Assembly: GCA_002170275.2 (NCBI GenBank) | Contig: NHFH02000012.1 | Location: 1 to 55,827 of the forward strand | Length of the DNA: 55,827 nucleotides | Direction of reading: 5' to 3' | From: Candidatus Pelagibacter sp. TMED106 | Lineage (GTDB): Bacteria > Pseudomonadota > Alphaproteobacteria > Pelagibacterales > Pelagibacteraceae | Shown: one piece after another, positions 1-9,488 of the stretch | How the letters are laid out: every line of letters begins with the position of its first letter | How positions within the stretch are numbered: the first letter of the stretch is position 1 | The notes under the pieces: generated by a model | The model's input: only the letters and a program-made list of their open reading frames with translations | Database searches by the model: none | What the model was told of the DNA's origin: nothing | Translations under genes and position numbers: made by a program

Positions 1-216
1 AGTCTTGCTCCCAGTGGGGTTTTCCAGCGTTCATTGTTACCAATAGAACCGGTGTGCTCTTACCACACCTTTTCACCCTTGCCGTGTTATGGCGGTTTAT
101 TTTCTGTGGCACTCTCCCTAGGGTTTCCCCTGCCAGGTATTACCTGGCACTGTGTCCTTGCGGAGCCCGGACTTTCCTCTTTAAAATAAATTAAAGCGAT
201 AAGTCATTTATCTGGC
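1..216 (-). ncRNA. rnpB: RNase P RNA, bacterial type A (5' part; 3' end runs off the window start)
   Basis: Minus strand reads GAGGAAAGTCCGGGCTCC...AGTGCCACAGAAAA...GGGTGAAAAGGTGTGGTAAGAGCAC...GAGCAAG, the universally conserved RNase P RNA segments. GC-rich island in an AT-rich background. 5' end approximate. Confidence 0.95.
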
Positions 217-222
217 GTATTT

Positions 223-250
223 AATTTATAATTTTAATACCAAAATTCAA
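223..250 (-). promoter_or_regulatory. Putative sigma70 promoter of rnpB
   Basis: Minus strand TTGAAT (250-245), 16-nt spacer, TAAATT (228-223), placing a start site at about 216-217, the predicted RNA 5' end. Confidence 0.45.
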
Positions 251-262
251 GATAAATCTTAA

Positions 263-1000
263 TTATCTATTTAAGAGATTTTTACTAATAATTAGGCATT
301 CTTTATCCATCTTACCGTTAACAAGTTCTTGTCTATACCTTCTTTGGAAAGCTTTAATAACAAATGACAAATATTGAATTTTTCTAATATTTTTCGGAGT
401 CTTTTTTGAATATCCTATCTTGAACAGATTATTTAAAAAAAGATTTTGACTGATAGTATCAATTTTTTGATTTCTAAATTTTTTTATAATTTTACAATTT
501 AGACTATGCCATTTTCCAACCTTATTTTTAGCAAGATACTCCCAAGGAAATTTTTCTCCAGGGTCTTTTTTTCTTTCTGGCGCTATGTCTGAGTGTCCTA
601 AAATATTTTTTTGGTCAATTTTATGTTTTTTTATTAAATATTTACTTAAAGTTATTAAAGATTTAATTTGTTTATTAGAAAAACTTTTGTAATTATGTTG
701 ATGACCTGGATTGGTTATTTCAATCCCAATAGAATTCTTATTTAAAGAACTATAATTTTTCCATGATGATTTTCCAGCATGCCAAGCAATATAAAGATCT
801 GGAACTAAGGTAAGTATTTTTCCGCTGTTTTTAATGAAATAATGGCATCCAACCTCAGATTGAATATTTGTAAGTCTATTAAGTGCATCTGATTCCTTTT
901 TCATTCCAGTGTAATGAAAAATTATAAATTTTATTTGTTTTTTTCCTCGTTTTTTCTGATTAAAATTAGGTGAATAGTTTAATGTAGTTTTTATATGCAT
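263..1000 (-). CDS. N-acetylmuramoyl-L-alanine amidase (Amidase_2, AmiD/AmpD-like) with C-terminal peptidoglycan-binding region
   Basis: IIFHYTG, AWHAGKS, SIGIEI and GHSDIAPERKKDPG zinc-amidase motifs; AFQRRY...G.MD tail. Confidence 0.9.
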   Translation of the reverse strand: MHIKTTLNYSPNFNQKKRGKKQIKFIIFHYTGMKKESDALNRLTNIQSEVGCHYFIKNSGKILTLVPDLYIAWHAGKSSWKNYSSLNKNSIGIEITNPGHQHNYKSFSNKQIKSLITLSKYLIKKHKIDQKNILGHSDIAPERKKDPGEKFPWEYLAKNKVGKWHSLNCKIIKKFRNQKIDTISQNLFLNNLFKIGYSKKTPKNIRKIQYLSFVIKAFQRRYRQELVNGKMDKECLIISKNLLNR

Positions 1001-1069
1001 TTTTAAGCCATATTTTTAGCTAAATCTCGATTTACTTTACCCAAATATACCTTATAAATTCAAATTATA

Positions 1070-1855
1070 ATGAAAAATTTTATTACAGTCTTTTTATTAG
1101 CTATTCTTCTAACATTTAATGTTAGTGCTGATACTGATGGTGAAAATAGCTTATCGAAAAAAGATCCTGGCGAAGTAAAGGATTGTTTTGAAACAGTTAA
1201 TAGAGCAACTTTTAAATTTAATCAGGCATTAGATGGGGTTATTTTTGAACCTGTTGCAAAAGCTTATAGGGTATTACCCTCTCCAGTGAGAACTGGAACA
1301 AGCAATGTGTTAAGCAATCTTTCTAATTTAGTGACTATCCCTAACAATATTCTTCAAGGAGATTTTAAAAAAGCTGGAGAGAACACTGGAAGGTTTGTTG
1401 TTAATTCAACTTTAGGTATTTTAGGAATTTTTGATGTAGCTCAAGCCATGGGCTTTAAAGAATATGAAAAAGAAGATTATGGTCAAACTCTTGGAACAAT
1501 GGGTGTAGGTGAGGGATGCTATTTGGTTCTGCCAATCCTTGGGCCTTCAACAGTTAGAGATACTGTTGGTTCTGTTGCAAATTTAATGGGGGGTGATGCA
1601 TGGTACAACGTAACTGTTAAAAACGATACTCAGCACTTCGAAGAAAGAGATTATTATATTTCAAGAGCAGGTAGTGGTGTAGATTTTAGAGCTAAAAATA
1701 TTGACTCATTTGATAATTTAGAAAAAAATTCAATGGATTTTTATGCATCAGTAAGAAGTTTATACCTACAGGATAGACAAAGAAAAATATCAAACTCAAA
1801 AACTGTAACTGACACTCAGAACGATAGTGACTGGGAAGAAATAGAAAACCAATAA
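1070..1855 (+). CDS. mlaA: MlaA/VacJ family outer-membrane lipid asymmetry protein
   Basis: DCFETVNRATFKFN, RFVVNSTLGILGIFDVA and EDYGQTLG...YLVLPILGPSTVRD VacJ motifs; N-terminal signal peptide. Confidence 0.92.
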   Translation: MKNFITVFLLAILLTFNVSADTDGENSLSKKDPGEVKDCFETVNRATFKFNQALDGVIFEPVAKAYRVLPSPVRTGTSNVLSNLSNLVTIPNNILQGDFKKAGENTGRFVVNSTLGILGIFDVAQAMGFKEYEKEDYGQTLGTMGVGEGCYLVLPILGPSTVRDTVGSVANLMGGDAWYNVTVKNDTQHFEERDYYISRAGSGVDFRAKNIDSFDNLEKNSMDFYASVRSLYLQDRQRKISNSKTVTDTQNDSDWEEIENQ

Positions 1856-1867
1856 ATCCAAAAATAG

Positions 1868-2465
1868 ATGAAATTGAAAAAATTTTTATCGTTTTTTTAT
1901 TTTTTTTTTAATTTTATTTACTAGCATTAACCATTCACAATCTATTGAGCCAGATGTTTTTGTTCAATCAACAGTAAATAGAGCTTCTCAAGCTCTTAAT
2001 AATAAATTTTCTAAAGAAGAGAAAGTAGATAAGCTTAAAGCTATTGCAAAAGAAACAGTAGATATTAAAGGTATTGGATTTTATACACTTGGATCATACA
2101 GAAAAGAAATGAATGAAAAACAAAAAGAAGAGTATATTATTCTTTTTGAACAGTATTTTCTAAAAACTTTTTCTAGTAGGTTAGCTGAATATTCTAATCC
2201 TGAAATTGAGGTAAATTCAAAAAAAAAACTTAATGAAAAGTACACTATGGTATCAAGTGTTCTAGTTGCAACAGAACAAAGGCCCCAAGTAAATATTGAT
2301 TGGAGAATATATACTAAGAACCCTGATAAGCCATTAATAAGAGATTTGATAATTGAGGGCTTAAGTTTAGCTCGAACACAAAAAGAGGAATTTTCATCAA
2401 TTATTCAAACTAACGATGGAGACATTAATGCTCTTTTTAGAACTCTAAGAGAATTTATTAAATAA
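1868..2465 (+). CDS. mlaC: MlaC/Ttg2D phospholipid-binding periplasmic protein; frameshifted in a poly-T tract near the 5' end
   Basis: The frame of ORF 2109-2465 is open back to 1878 (SIEPDVFVQSTVNRA...DLIIEGLSLARTQKEEFSSII). ATG 1868 is in another frame. Removing one T from the T runs at 1892-1909 gives a continuous gene with a signal peptide. Lies directly after mlaA. Confidence 0.85.
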
Positions 2466-2468
2466 TTC

Positions 2469-2545
2469 TGGTGGGCCCGCCAGGACTCGAACCTGGGACC
2501 AATACATTATGAGTGTACTGCTCTAACCAACTGAGCTACAGGCCC
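2469..2545 (-). tRNA. tRNA-Ile2 (CAT anticodon, lysidine-modified)
   Basis: GGGCCTGTAGCTCAGTTGGTTAGAGCAGTACACTCATAATGTATTGGTCCCAGGTTCGAGTCCTGGCGGGCCCACCA forms a full cloverleaf with encoded CCA. G1-C72 pair (not initiator); C4-G69 and C5-G68 are typical TilS determinants. Confidence 0.9.
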
Positions 2546-2608
2546 TAAAAGTTAATTTTAAATATATTATAATATAATTAATGTCCAGCATAGGTTAAAA
2601 ATTTTAAA

Positions 2609-2683
2609 TGGTGGGCCGTGTTGGTTACGCTCCAACTACCCCTGCAATGTCAATGCAGTACTCTACTATTGAGCTAACGGCCC
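2609..2683 (-). tRNA. tRNA-Val (GAC) with non-canonical D- and T-loops
   Basis: GGGCCGT TA GCTC AATAGTA GAGT A CTGCA TTGACAT TGCAG GGGTA GTTGG AGCGTAA CCAAC ACGGCCC A CCA. All four stems pair, A73 discriminator, CCA encoded. Confidence 0.9.
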
Positions 2684-2709
2684 CTTCAGATTAATTATAA
2701 TCAGATTAA

Positions 2710-3984
2710 TCAATTTTTGAAATTCATAATGTTAGTTTGTGAATTTGATGCATAAAGAATTGAAAGATTCATGCAGAATAAAGTCAAATTGTAATCATTA
2801 AAAAAAGATCCACTAGGTAATAAAGGTACAAATACACATATTAAATAACAAAAAGCACCAATTTGAATGGTATTTTTATTACTATAAATAATTTTAATAT
2901 TTTTAAAAAGTAAATTAAATATTAAAGACAATAATATTATTGAACCTACCAAGCCATGCTCGGCTAAAAATTCAAAATATAGTTGATGAGGATGAGTGGC
3001 ACATAAATATTTATGCTCTAAATTTTTTTGATCACAGGCTTCTATTCTGTAATTTTTGTTCCCCACACCAAAAAGTGGATTATTATGAAATACTTTATAC
3101 CCTGATTTATATAAGTTGTAATAAATATTTCTTTTTTTAAATTCATTAATTATTGTTCCATCTGCTTGGGATTCTTTAGGATCGCTCAAATTAACATAAT
3201 ATTGCCAAAAATACCTATATTTTAAATTTTCATTTAAAGAAAGAGCAGAGATTAATAAGAAAAATGAAGTAACAAAAATAAATAATCTTTTTTTGTTTAT
3301 TAACAAATCATAATAAATAAAATAAAAAATCGTCAAACCTAAGAGAGCTTTTATTCCATTTGATCTTTCACCTGTTAAAATTATTAATGATAAAAAGATT
3401 AATGAAAGTAAAATTGAAAAATAATTATTTTTTAAAAAAGGAAATTTTTTATTATAATATATTAAATAACCAATAAGCATTAAGTAAAAGGCATTTAAAT
3501 AACCTCCTACTATAGGCTCATCAATAAAAAAACTAAAAGACCTGTACATACTTACAATATGAATTTTACCAGATTGGATATCCATTCTGTACTCAAGCAT
3601 TTCTATGAAGACATCTACAAAAACTACTAATATAGTTATAAGCCAAAGAAGAATAACAAATTTAAAATTCTTCGAATGATGAAAAAAATAATTAAAAGCT
3701 GCAAATAAAAGAATAAATCTAAAAAATCCCAAATTTCTATAAATTCCAATTTCTGGATCGATTGAAATAGTTGAATTAAAAATTAAATATAAAAATAATA
3801 GGAATAATAGCTTTATTACAGGATGAAATAACCATTCCCAGGTCCTTTGATAAATCATCAAAAATAAAAAAGATAACCCTAAAATAGAGATATTTATTAT
3901 TGAAACCGTTGATCCAATAATTATTGATAATGGAATTAAAGAAAATAAAACTAAAAAGTACTTTTCAATATATTGATTCTTCAT
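2710..3984 (-). CDS. O-antigen ligase family (WaaL/Wzy_C) polytopic membrane protein
   Basis: Many hydrophobic segments; LTGERS, NPLFGVG and HPHQLYFEFLAEHGLVG motifs typical of the Wzy_C domain. Confidence 0.85.
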   Translation of the reverse strand: MKNQYIEKYFLVLFSLIPLSIIIGSTVSIINISILGLSFLFLMIYQRTWEWLFHPVIKLLFLLFLYLIFNSTISIDPEIGIYRNLGFFRFILLFAAFNYFFHHSKNFKFVILLWLITILVVFVDVFIEMLEYRMDIQSGKIHIVSMYRSFSFFIDEPIVGGYLNAFYLMLIGYLIYYNKKFPFLKNNYFSILLSLIFLSLIILTGERSNGIKALLGLTIFYFIYYDLLINKKRLFIFVTSFFLLISALSLNENLKYRYFWQYYVNLSDPKESQADGTIINEFKKRNIYYNLYKSGYKVFHNNPLFGVGNKNYRIEACDQKNLEHKYLCATHPHQLYFEFLAEHGLVGSIILLSLIFNLLFKNIKIIYSNKNTIQIGAFCYLICVFVPLLPSGSFFNDYNLTLFCMNLSILYASNSQTNIMNFKN

Positions 3985-4013
3985 TTTAGAAAAATGAACA
4001 TTATTTTGAAATT

Positions 4014-5855
4014 CTAACTTTCTAAAAAACTTTTAAGTTGTTTAGATCTACTTGGATGCTTTAATTTTCTTAAGGCTTTGGCTTCAATTTGTCTTATTCT
4101 TTCTCTTGTTACAGAAAACTGTAAACCAACCTCTTCCAAAGTATGATCTGTGTTCATGCCAACTCCAAACCTCATTCTTAAAACTCTTTCTTCTCTTGGG
4201 GTTAAAGTAGATAATATTTTTGTAGTTGCTTCACTTAAATTAGACTTAATTGCTTGCTCTAAAGGTGCTAGAGCTTTGGTATCTTCTATAAAGTCTCCTA
4301 AGCTACTATCTTCCTCATCACCAACTGGTTTTTCAAGAGAAACTGGCTCTTTAGAAATTTTTAAAACTTTTCTAACTTTATCTAAGGGCATTCTTAATTT
4401 TTTTGCAAGCTCCTCTGGAGTTGCTTCTCTTCCAAATTCACTTAAAATTAGTCTTTGAGTTCTAACTATCTTATTAATTGTTTCAATCATATGCACTGGA
4501 ATTCTAATAGTTCTTGCCTGATCAGCAATAGATCTTGTGATTGCTTGTCTAATCCACCATGTAGCATACGTAGAAAACTTATAGCCTCTTCTATATTCAA
4601 ATTTGTCTACTGCTTTCATAAGACCTATATTACCCTCTTGAATAAGATCTAAAAACTGAAGTCCTCTATTAGTATATTTTTTAGCAATCGATATTACTAA
4701 TCTTAAATTAGCTTCAACCATTTCTTTTTTTGCAATCCTAGATTCTTTTTCCCCTTTTTGTATTCTGCTTACTAATTTTTTAAAATCAGTAACAGAAATC
4801 CCCAATTTATGACTTATTTCTACCAATCTTTCTTTAATGTCTTTAAATTGTTCTTTATTTTTTGAAAAAAAGTTTTTCCAAACTGGATTGGTATCAAGAA
4901 ATTTTTTTAAATTTGGGTTAATTTCATTTCCTACATAAAATTTAATAAATTCATTTCTTGGTATTTTTTGATTCATTGCTAACCTTAAAAGATTTCCTTC
5001 GAGAGATATTATCTTTTTATTTTCAATGTAATGCTTTTGTACTAACTCTTCTAGAACTGATGGAGATAACTGAAGTGATTTAATATTTTCTAAAATATCG
5101 TTTACAATTTTTTCATACCCTTTTTCTTTAGTTGGAGAGAAAGTTCTGGTATTTAATAAACAATCTAGTTTTTCTTTTTGGTATTTAATTAATTTATTAT
5201 ATTCTTTTGTTAAAGTGCTAACAGTTTTTAAAACTTTAGGCTTAATTTCTGTCTCCATAGCAGCAAGAGTAGGATTAAATTCATCATCTGGATCTTCATT
5301 ATTATTCGAACCTTCTTCGCTTTTTTCCTTATCTACTTCTCCAGAATTTCTTTGTTTTGCACTTGGTCCTGTATTTTCATCTTCCATATAATTAGTGTCG
5401 ATATCAATAATTTCTCGAACTAAAATTTCATCTTGTTGAAGTTTTTCATTCCATTCAAAGAATTGTTGGGCAGTAATTGGACTTTGTGATAATGCAATCA
5501 ACATTACATCTTTTCCTGCTTCTATTCTTTTAGCAATCGCAATCTCTCCTTCTCTAGATAGAAGTTCTACACCTCCCATCTCTCTCAAATACATCCTTAT
5601 TGGATCGTCACTTTTTTCAATTGTTTTGCCCTCTTCCTTGTTTGAATTTTCTTTTTTCCTCAAAACTTTAAAATCAGATTTTTTTTCTACCAGAGCAACG
5701 CTTTCATCTAGGATATGTATAAATGCTTGTTCTAAATTTTGATGAGAAAGATTTCTTTTTCCTAAAGATTTATTTAACTCCTCAAAAGTAATAAATCCCC
5801 TATGGGTTCCTCTACCCATTAATCTAGCAAACGATTTTGTAATTATTCTTTCCAC
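4014..5855 (-). CDS. rpoD: RNA polymerase primary sigma factor RpoD (GTG start)
   Basis: [59 protein letters not shown] and [17 protein letters not shown]. Confidence 0.99.
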   Translation of the reverse strand: MERIITKSFARLMGRGTHRGFITFEELNKSLGKRNLSHQNLEQAFIHILDESVALVEKKSDFKVLRKKENSNKEEGKTIEKSDDPIRMYLREMGGVELLSREGEIAIAKRIEAGKDVMLIALSQSPITAQQFFEWNEKLQQDEILVREIIDIDTNYMEDENTGPSAKQRNSGEVDKEKSEEGSNNNEDPDDEFNPTLAAMETEIKPKVLKTVSTLTKEYNKLIKYQKEKLDCLLNTRTFSPTKEKGYEKIVNDILENIKSLQLSPSVLEELVQKHYIENKKIISLEGNLLRLAMNQKIPRNEFIKFYVGNEINPNLKKFLDTNPVWKNFFSKNKEQFKDIKERLVEISHKLGISVTDFKKLVSRIQKGEKESRIAKKEMVEANLRLVISIAKKYTNRGLQFLDLIQEGNIGLMKAVDKFEYRRGYKFSTYATWWIRQAITRSIADQARTIRIPVHMIETINKIVRTQRLILSEFGREATPEELAKKLRMPLDKVRKVLKISKEPVSLEKPVGDEEDSSLGDFIEDTKALAPLEQAIKSNLSEATTKILSTLTPREERVLRMRFGVGMNTDHTLEEVGLQFSVTRERIRQIEAKALRKLKHPSRSKQLKSFLES

Positions 5856-5922
5856 AATTTTATAATCTGAGAAGACTTATATAAGCGCAATTTTAAAAAA
5901 ATCCATTCTTAATTTAGATCAT

Positions 5923-7698
5923 TTAATTGATGTTTTTTTGCTTTTTTAGCTCTCTTATTTCATTAAAAGTAGTTTCACTTAAATCTTGAGAAAATTTTGA
6001 TTCTAACTCTTCAATTCTTAGCTCCAAATCGTAATTTTTAAGATCTCTAGAAATTTCCTCCAATAACTCAAATACTTTATTTGGGTCATTCTGATTATTT
6101 TGTAAAATATGTTTTATCGACGCAAATTTATAAATTTTATCAATTAATTGTGTATCAATTGATATTTCATCAAGTGTAATTTTTTCATTAGTTTTAAGCT
6201 TTAATAAAATAGTTTGAAAAATTAATCTATTCTCATCACTGAATAATTTTATACTTTCAATCAAATGAATATGTTCTTGAAATAATTCTAAATTTTTCAT
6301 GATTAAATAGAGGAGTGAAAATTCTTTAATTTCGATTGCAGTTAGTGATTTGCTTTCATTAAAATATTTTTGAGTAGACTGTAAAGACTTTACTCTCTTA
6401 GGATAAAATTGTTTTTTACCAATATTTGAATAAGGTGTAAGCTCTGAAATCTTTTGTAAAAAAAACTCTAATACATATTTTTTAATAAAATCATCTTTAA
6501 TTGTTTTCGCAATAGATCTTAATTTTTTTTCAAAAATAGCCATTGAAGACGGATTATTTTGAGTTTGATTTTTGTAATGAGTAAAAATAAATTGATGTAT
6601 CGAAATCTTACTTTGTTTTGTAAAATCAATAAAATAATCTTTTCCATTTTTGTTCACAAAACTATCTGGATCCTCATTGTCTGGTAAAAATAAAAATGAA
6701 ATATGTTTTTCAGGCTTAAGTTCTCTGATAGAACTTTCGGCAGCTCTCAATGCAGCTTTATAACCACTTTCATCACCATCAAAACAAATAATAATATCAT
6801 CAAAAAATTGATTTAAAGTTAATATTTGTCTATCTGTTAGAGAAGTTCCTAAATTTGCAACTACATTTTCAATTCCATTTTTACTTAAACCAATGACGTC
6901 CATATATCCTTCAACAAGATAAATATTATTTAATTTATTAGACAACTTTCTGGCACAATCTAAATTATATAAGTTTGATCCTTTTTTAAAAAAAGGAGTT
7001 TCTGGAGAATTAATATATTTTGCCAAATATTTTATATCATCAATTACCCTGCCTCCTAAAGCTATTGGTTGGCTAGAAATATTTTTTATTGGAAAAATTA
7101 ATCTTCCTTTAAATCTTTCGATATAGTTTTTATTTTTTTCATCAAAATAAAATAAACCACTTTCAACTAATGTTTCTTCACTAAAATCATTTTTTAATTT
7201 TGCAAAAAAATTCGCGTTTTTTTCAACAAAACCAATTTTGAATTTTTTTACATCTTCACTACTCAAAAATCTTTTTTTTAGATACTCTCTTGCATTAAAA
7301 TGAGCTTCATTTTTTAACAATTCATTGTGATAAAAATCGACATACATATCATAAATTGTGGAATATTCTTTCCACTTCTTTTCTCTTTCTTCATCTTGTT
7401 TTGTAAACATGTAAGGCTGCATCCCTGCTAAATTTGCCAAATATTTTACAGCTTCGCCAAATTTTAAATTTTGCATCTTCATTACAAAATCAAAAATATT
7501 TCCATGTTCTGATGTAGCAAAACAATGATAAAATTCTTTTTCATCATTTACGGTGAATGATGGAGTTTTCTCATTTTTAAAAGGTGATAATCCAACAAAT
7601 TCTTTTCCTCTTTTTTTTAAATTTACAGATTTGGATACAACTGTAGAAACTTTTAAACGTGTTTTTATTTCCTCTAAATATTCTTTTGGGTATTTCAT
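5923..7698 (-). CDS. dnaG: DNA primase
   Basis: EKTPSF, RLIFPI, KYINSPET, VEGYMDV and CFDGDESG TOPRIM motifs; directly upstream of rpoD. Confidence 0.98.
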   Translation of the reverse strand: MKYPKEYLEEIKTRLKVSTVVSKSVNLKKRGKEFVGLSPFKNEKTPSFTVNDEKEFYHCFATSEHGNIFDFVMKMQNLKFGEAVKYLANLAGMQPYMFTKQDEEREKKWKEYSTIYDMYVDFYHNELLKNEAHFNAREYLKKRFLSSEDVKKFKIGFVEKNANFFAKLKNDFSEETLVESGLFYFDEKNKNYIERFKGRLIFPIKNISSQPIALGGRVIDDIKYLAKYINSPETPFFKKGSNLYNLDCARKLSNKLNNIYLVEGYMDVIGLSKNGIENVVANLGTSLTDRQILTLNQFFDDIIICFDGDESGYKAALRAAESSIRELKPEKHISFLFLPDNEDPDSFVNKNGKDYFIDFTKQSKISIHQFIFTHYKNQTQNNPSSMAIFEKKLRSIAKTIKDDFIKKYVLEFFLQKISELTPYSNIGKKQFYPKRVKSLQSTQKYFNESKSLTAIEIKEFSLLYLIMKNLELFQEHIHLIESIKLFSDENRLIFQTILLKLKTNEKITLDEISIDTQLIDKIYKFASIKHILQNNQNDPNKVFELLEEISRDLKNYDLELRIEELESKFSQDLSETTFNEIRELKKQKNIN

Positions 7699-7704
7699 TT
7701 TAAA

Positions 7705-8166
7705 TTACTTATTTAATAATTCCTTAATGATTAAACCTGCTTTAGCAAAATCTATTTCATCGCCTTTTTGTTTTTTTAATTCTCCCATAACTTTACCCAT
7801 GTCTTTTATTGAACCAGCTCCTAGTTTTAAAATCACTTCAGAGCATATTTTCTTTGTATCATCTTCACTCAACTGTTTAGGTAAAAAACTTGTCAAAATT
7901 TCATATTCTTTTTGTTCTATTTCTAATAGGTCTTTACGGTCATTTTGTTTGTAAATTTCTATTGATTCGGTTCTTTGTTTAACCATTTTCCTTAAAAGTT
8001 TCTTAATATCATCTTCATCAGTTTCTTTTTTATTCGGGCCTGATCTATTTAAAATATCAAGATCCTTTATTGAGGATAATATTAACCTATAGGTTGATAT
8101 TTTACTTTTATCTTTATTTTTAAGAGAATTTTTATATTCAGTTTCTATTGTTTCTTTAAGTGACAT
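7705..8166 (-). CDS. yqeY: GatB/YqeY domain protein
   Basis: KQRTESIEIY, FLPKQLSED and KDMGKVMG motifs; usual position between carA and dnaG. Confidence 0.92.
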   Translation of the reverse strand: MSLKETIETEYKNSLKNKDKSKISTYRLILSSIKDLDILNRSGPNKKETDEDDIKKLLRKMVKQRTESIEIYKQNDRKDLLEIEQKEYEILTSFLPKQLSEDDTKKICSEVILKLGAGSIKDMGKVMGELKKQKGDEIDFAKAGLIIKELLNK

Positions 8167-8241
8167 AATTTTTAATCTACTGAAAACAAAAAAATCTTCA
8201 AAAGAAAAATTGTTTTTTTACAATTTTATATTACATCTCTG

Positions 8242-8270
8242 TTGCGATTATAAAGCTTTTAATGTATTAA
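8242..8270 (+). promoter_or_regulatory. Putative sigma70 promoter of carAB
   Basis: TTGCGA (8242-8247), 17-nt spacer, TATTAA (8265-8270). Confidence 0.4.
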
Positions 8271-8291
8271 CCTTTAACTCATGAGTTGTAA

Positions 8292-9488
8292 TTGATCAAA
8301 AAAGCTAAAAAAACTAACTCAAAAAAAATCACACAAAATCAAACAGGCGTATTAGTTCTTGAAAATAAGAAAGTTTTTAAGGGCATTGGAATTGGGTACC
8401 AAGGAGAAGCAACTGGTGAAGTTTGTTTCAATACCTCATTAACTGGTTACCAAGAAATAATATCTGACCCCTCTTATGCTGGACAAATTATAAACTTTAC
8501 ATTTCCTCATATCGGAAATGTTGGAACTAACAAAGAAGATTATGAGTCAGACAAAATATGGACAAAGGGTGTAATCTTTAATTCTGAAATAACATCTCCT
8601 TCAAACTATAGATCTTTTCTTCATTTGGATGCATGGCTTAAAAAAAATAAAATAGTTGGAATCACTGGTTTAGACACTAGAAGTTTAACAAATTTTATCA
8701 GAGACAAAGGAGCTCCAAAAGGAACCATTGCCTATTCAAAAAATTGTAAATTTAATATCAGCAAACTTAGTAACACAACGATAAAATGGAGTGGATTAAA
8801 AAATCTTGATCTTGCAAAAAAAGTAACTACACCAAAAAATTATATATGGAAAGGGTTAAAAACTTGGAAAAAAGAAACTGGTTTCAAAAAAAATATTAAA
8901 AACTCTTATCACGTTGTTGCAATTGATTATGGAATAAAGAAAAATATTTTAAGATATTTTTCTGACTTTAATTGTAAAGTAACTGTTGTTTCATGCAAAA
9001 CATCATCAGAAAAAATATTAGCTCTTAAACCAAATGGTATTTTTTTATCAAACGGTCCTGGTGATCCTGCTGCGACTGGAAAATATGCAATAAAAATAAT
9101 AAAAAATTTAATTAAAAAAAACTTGCCCCTTTTTGGTATCTGTTTAGGTCACCAAATTCTTGCTCTAACTTTGGGTGGCCAAACAAAAAAAATGAAACTA
9201 GGTCATAGAGGAGCAAACCATCCAGTTAAAAATTTAATTCATGATAAAGTAGAAATAACAAGTCAAAATCATGGCTTTGAAGTAATAAAAGAAAATCTTC
9301 CTAAAAATATTCAAATTACTCACAAGTCTTTGTTTGACAATAGTATCGAGGGTATAAAACTAAAAAACAAACCTATATTTTCTGTTCAATACCACCCAGA
9401 GTCAAACCCTGGTCCACAAGATAGTGTTTATCTATTTCAAGAATTTATTAACAATATGAAAAAAAATGCCAAAAAGAAAAGATCTTAA
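8292..9488 (+). CDS. carA: Carbamoyl-phosphate synthase small subunit (TTG start)
   Basis: [29 protein letters not shown] and QYHPE glutaminase motifs. Confidence 0.98.
   Translation: MIKKAKKTNSKKITQNQTGVLVLENKKVFKGIGIGYQGEATGEVCFNTSLTGYQEIISDPSYAGQIINFTFPHIGNVGTNKEDYESDKIWTKGVIFNSEITSPSNYRSFLHLDAWLKKNKIVGITGLDTRSLTNFIRDKGAPKGTIAYSKNCKFNISKLSNTTIKWSGLKNLDLAKKVTTPKNYIWKGLKTWKKETGFKKNIKNSYHVVAIDYGIKKNILRYFSDFNCKVTVVSCKTSSEKILALKPNGIFLSNGPGDPAATGKYAIKIIKNLIKKNLPLFGICLGHQILALTLGGQTKKMKLGHRGANHPVKNLIHDKVEITSQNHGFEVIKENLPKNIQITHKSLFDNSIEGIKLKNKPIFSVQYHPESNPGPQDSVYLFQEFINNMKKNAKKKRS

Noticed and set aside
2469-2545. tRNA-Met or fMet call for the CAT-anticodon tRNA
   Set aside because: Paired G1-C72, no triple G-C anticodon stem, and C4-G69/C5-G68 fit Ile2 better.
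2466-2709. tRNA-anchored prophage or integrative element
   Set aside because: No integrase, phage genes or duplicated tRNA 3' end seen in the window.
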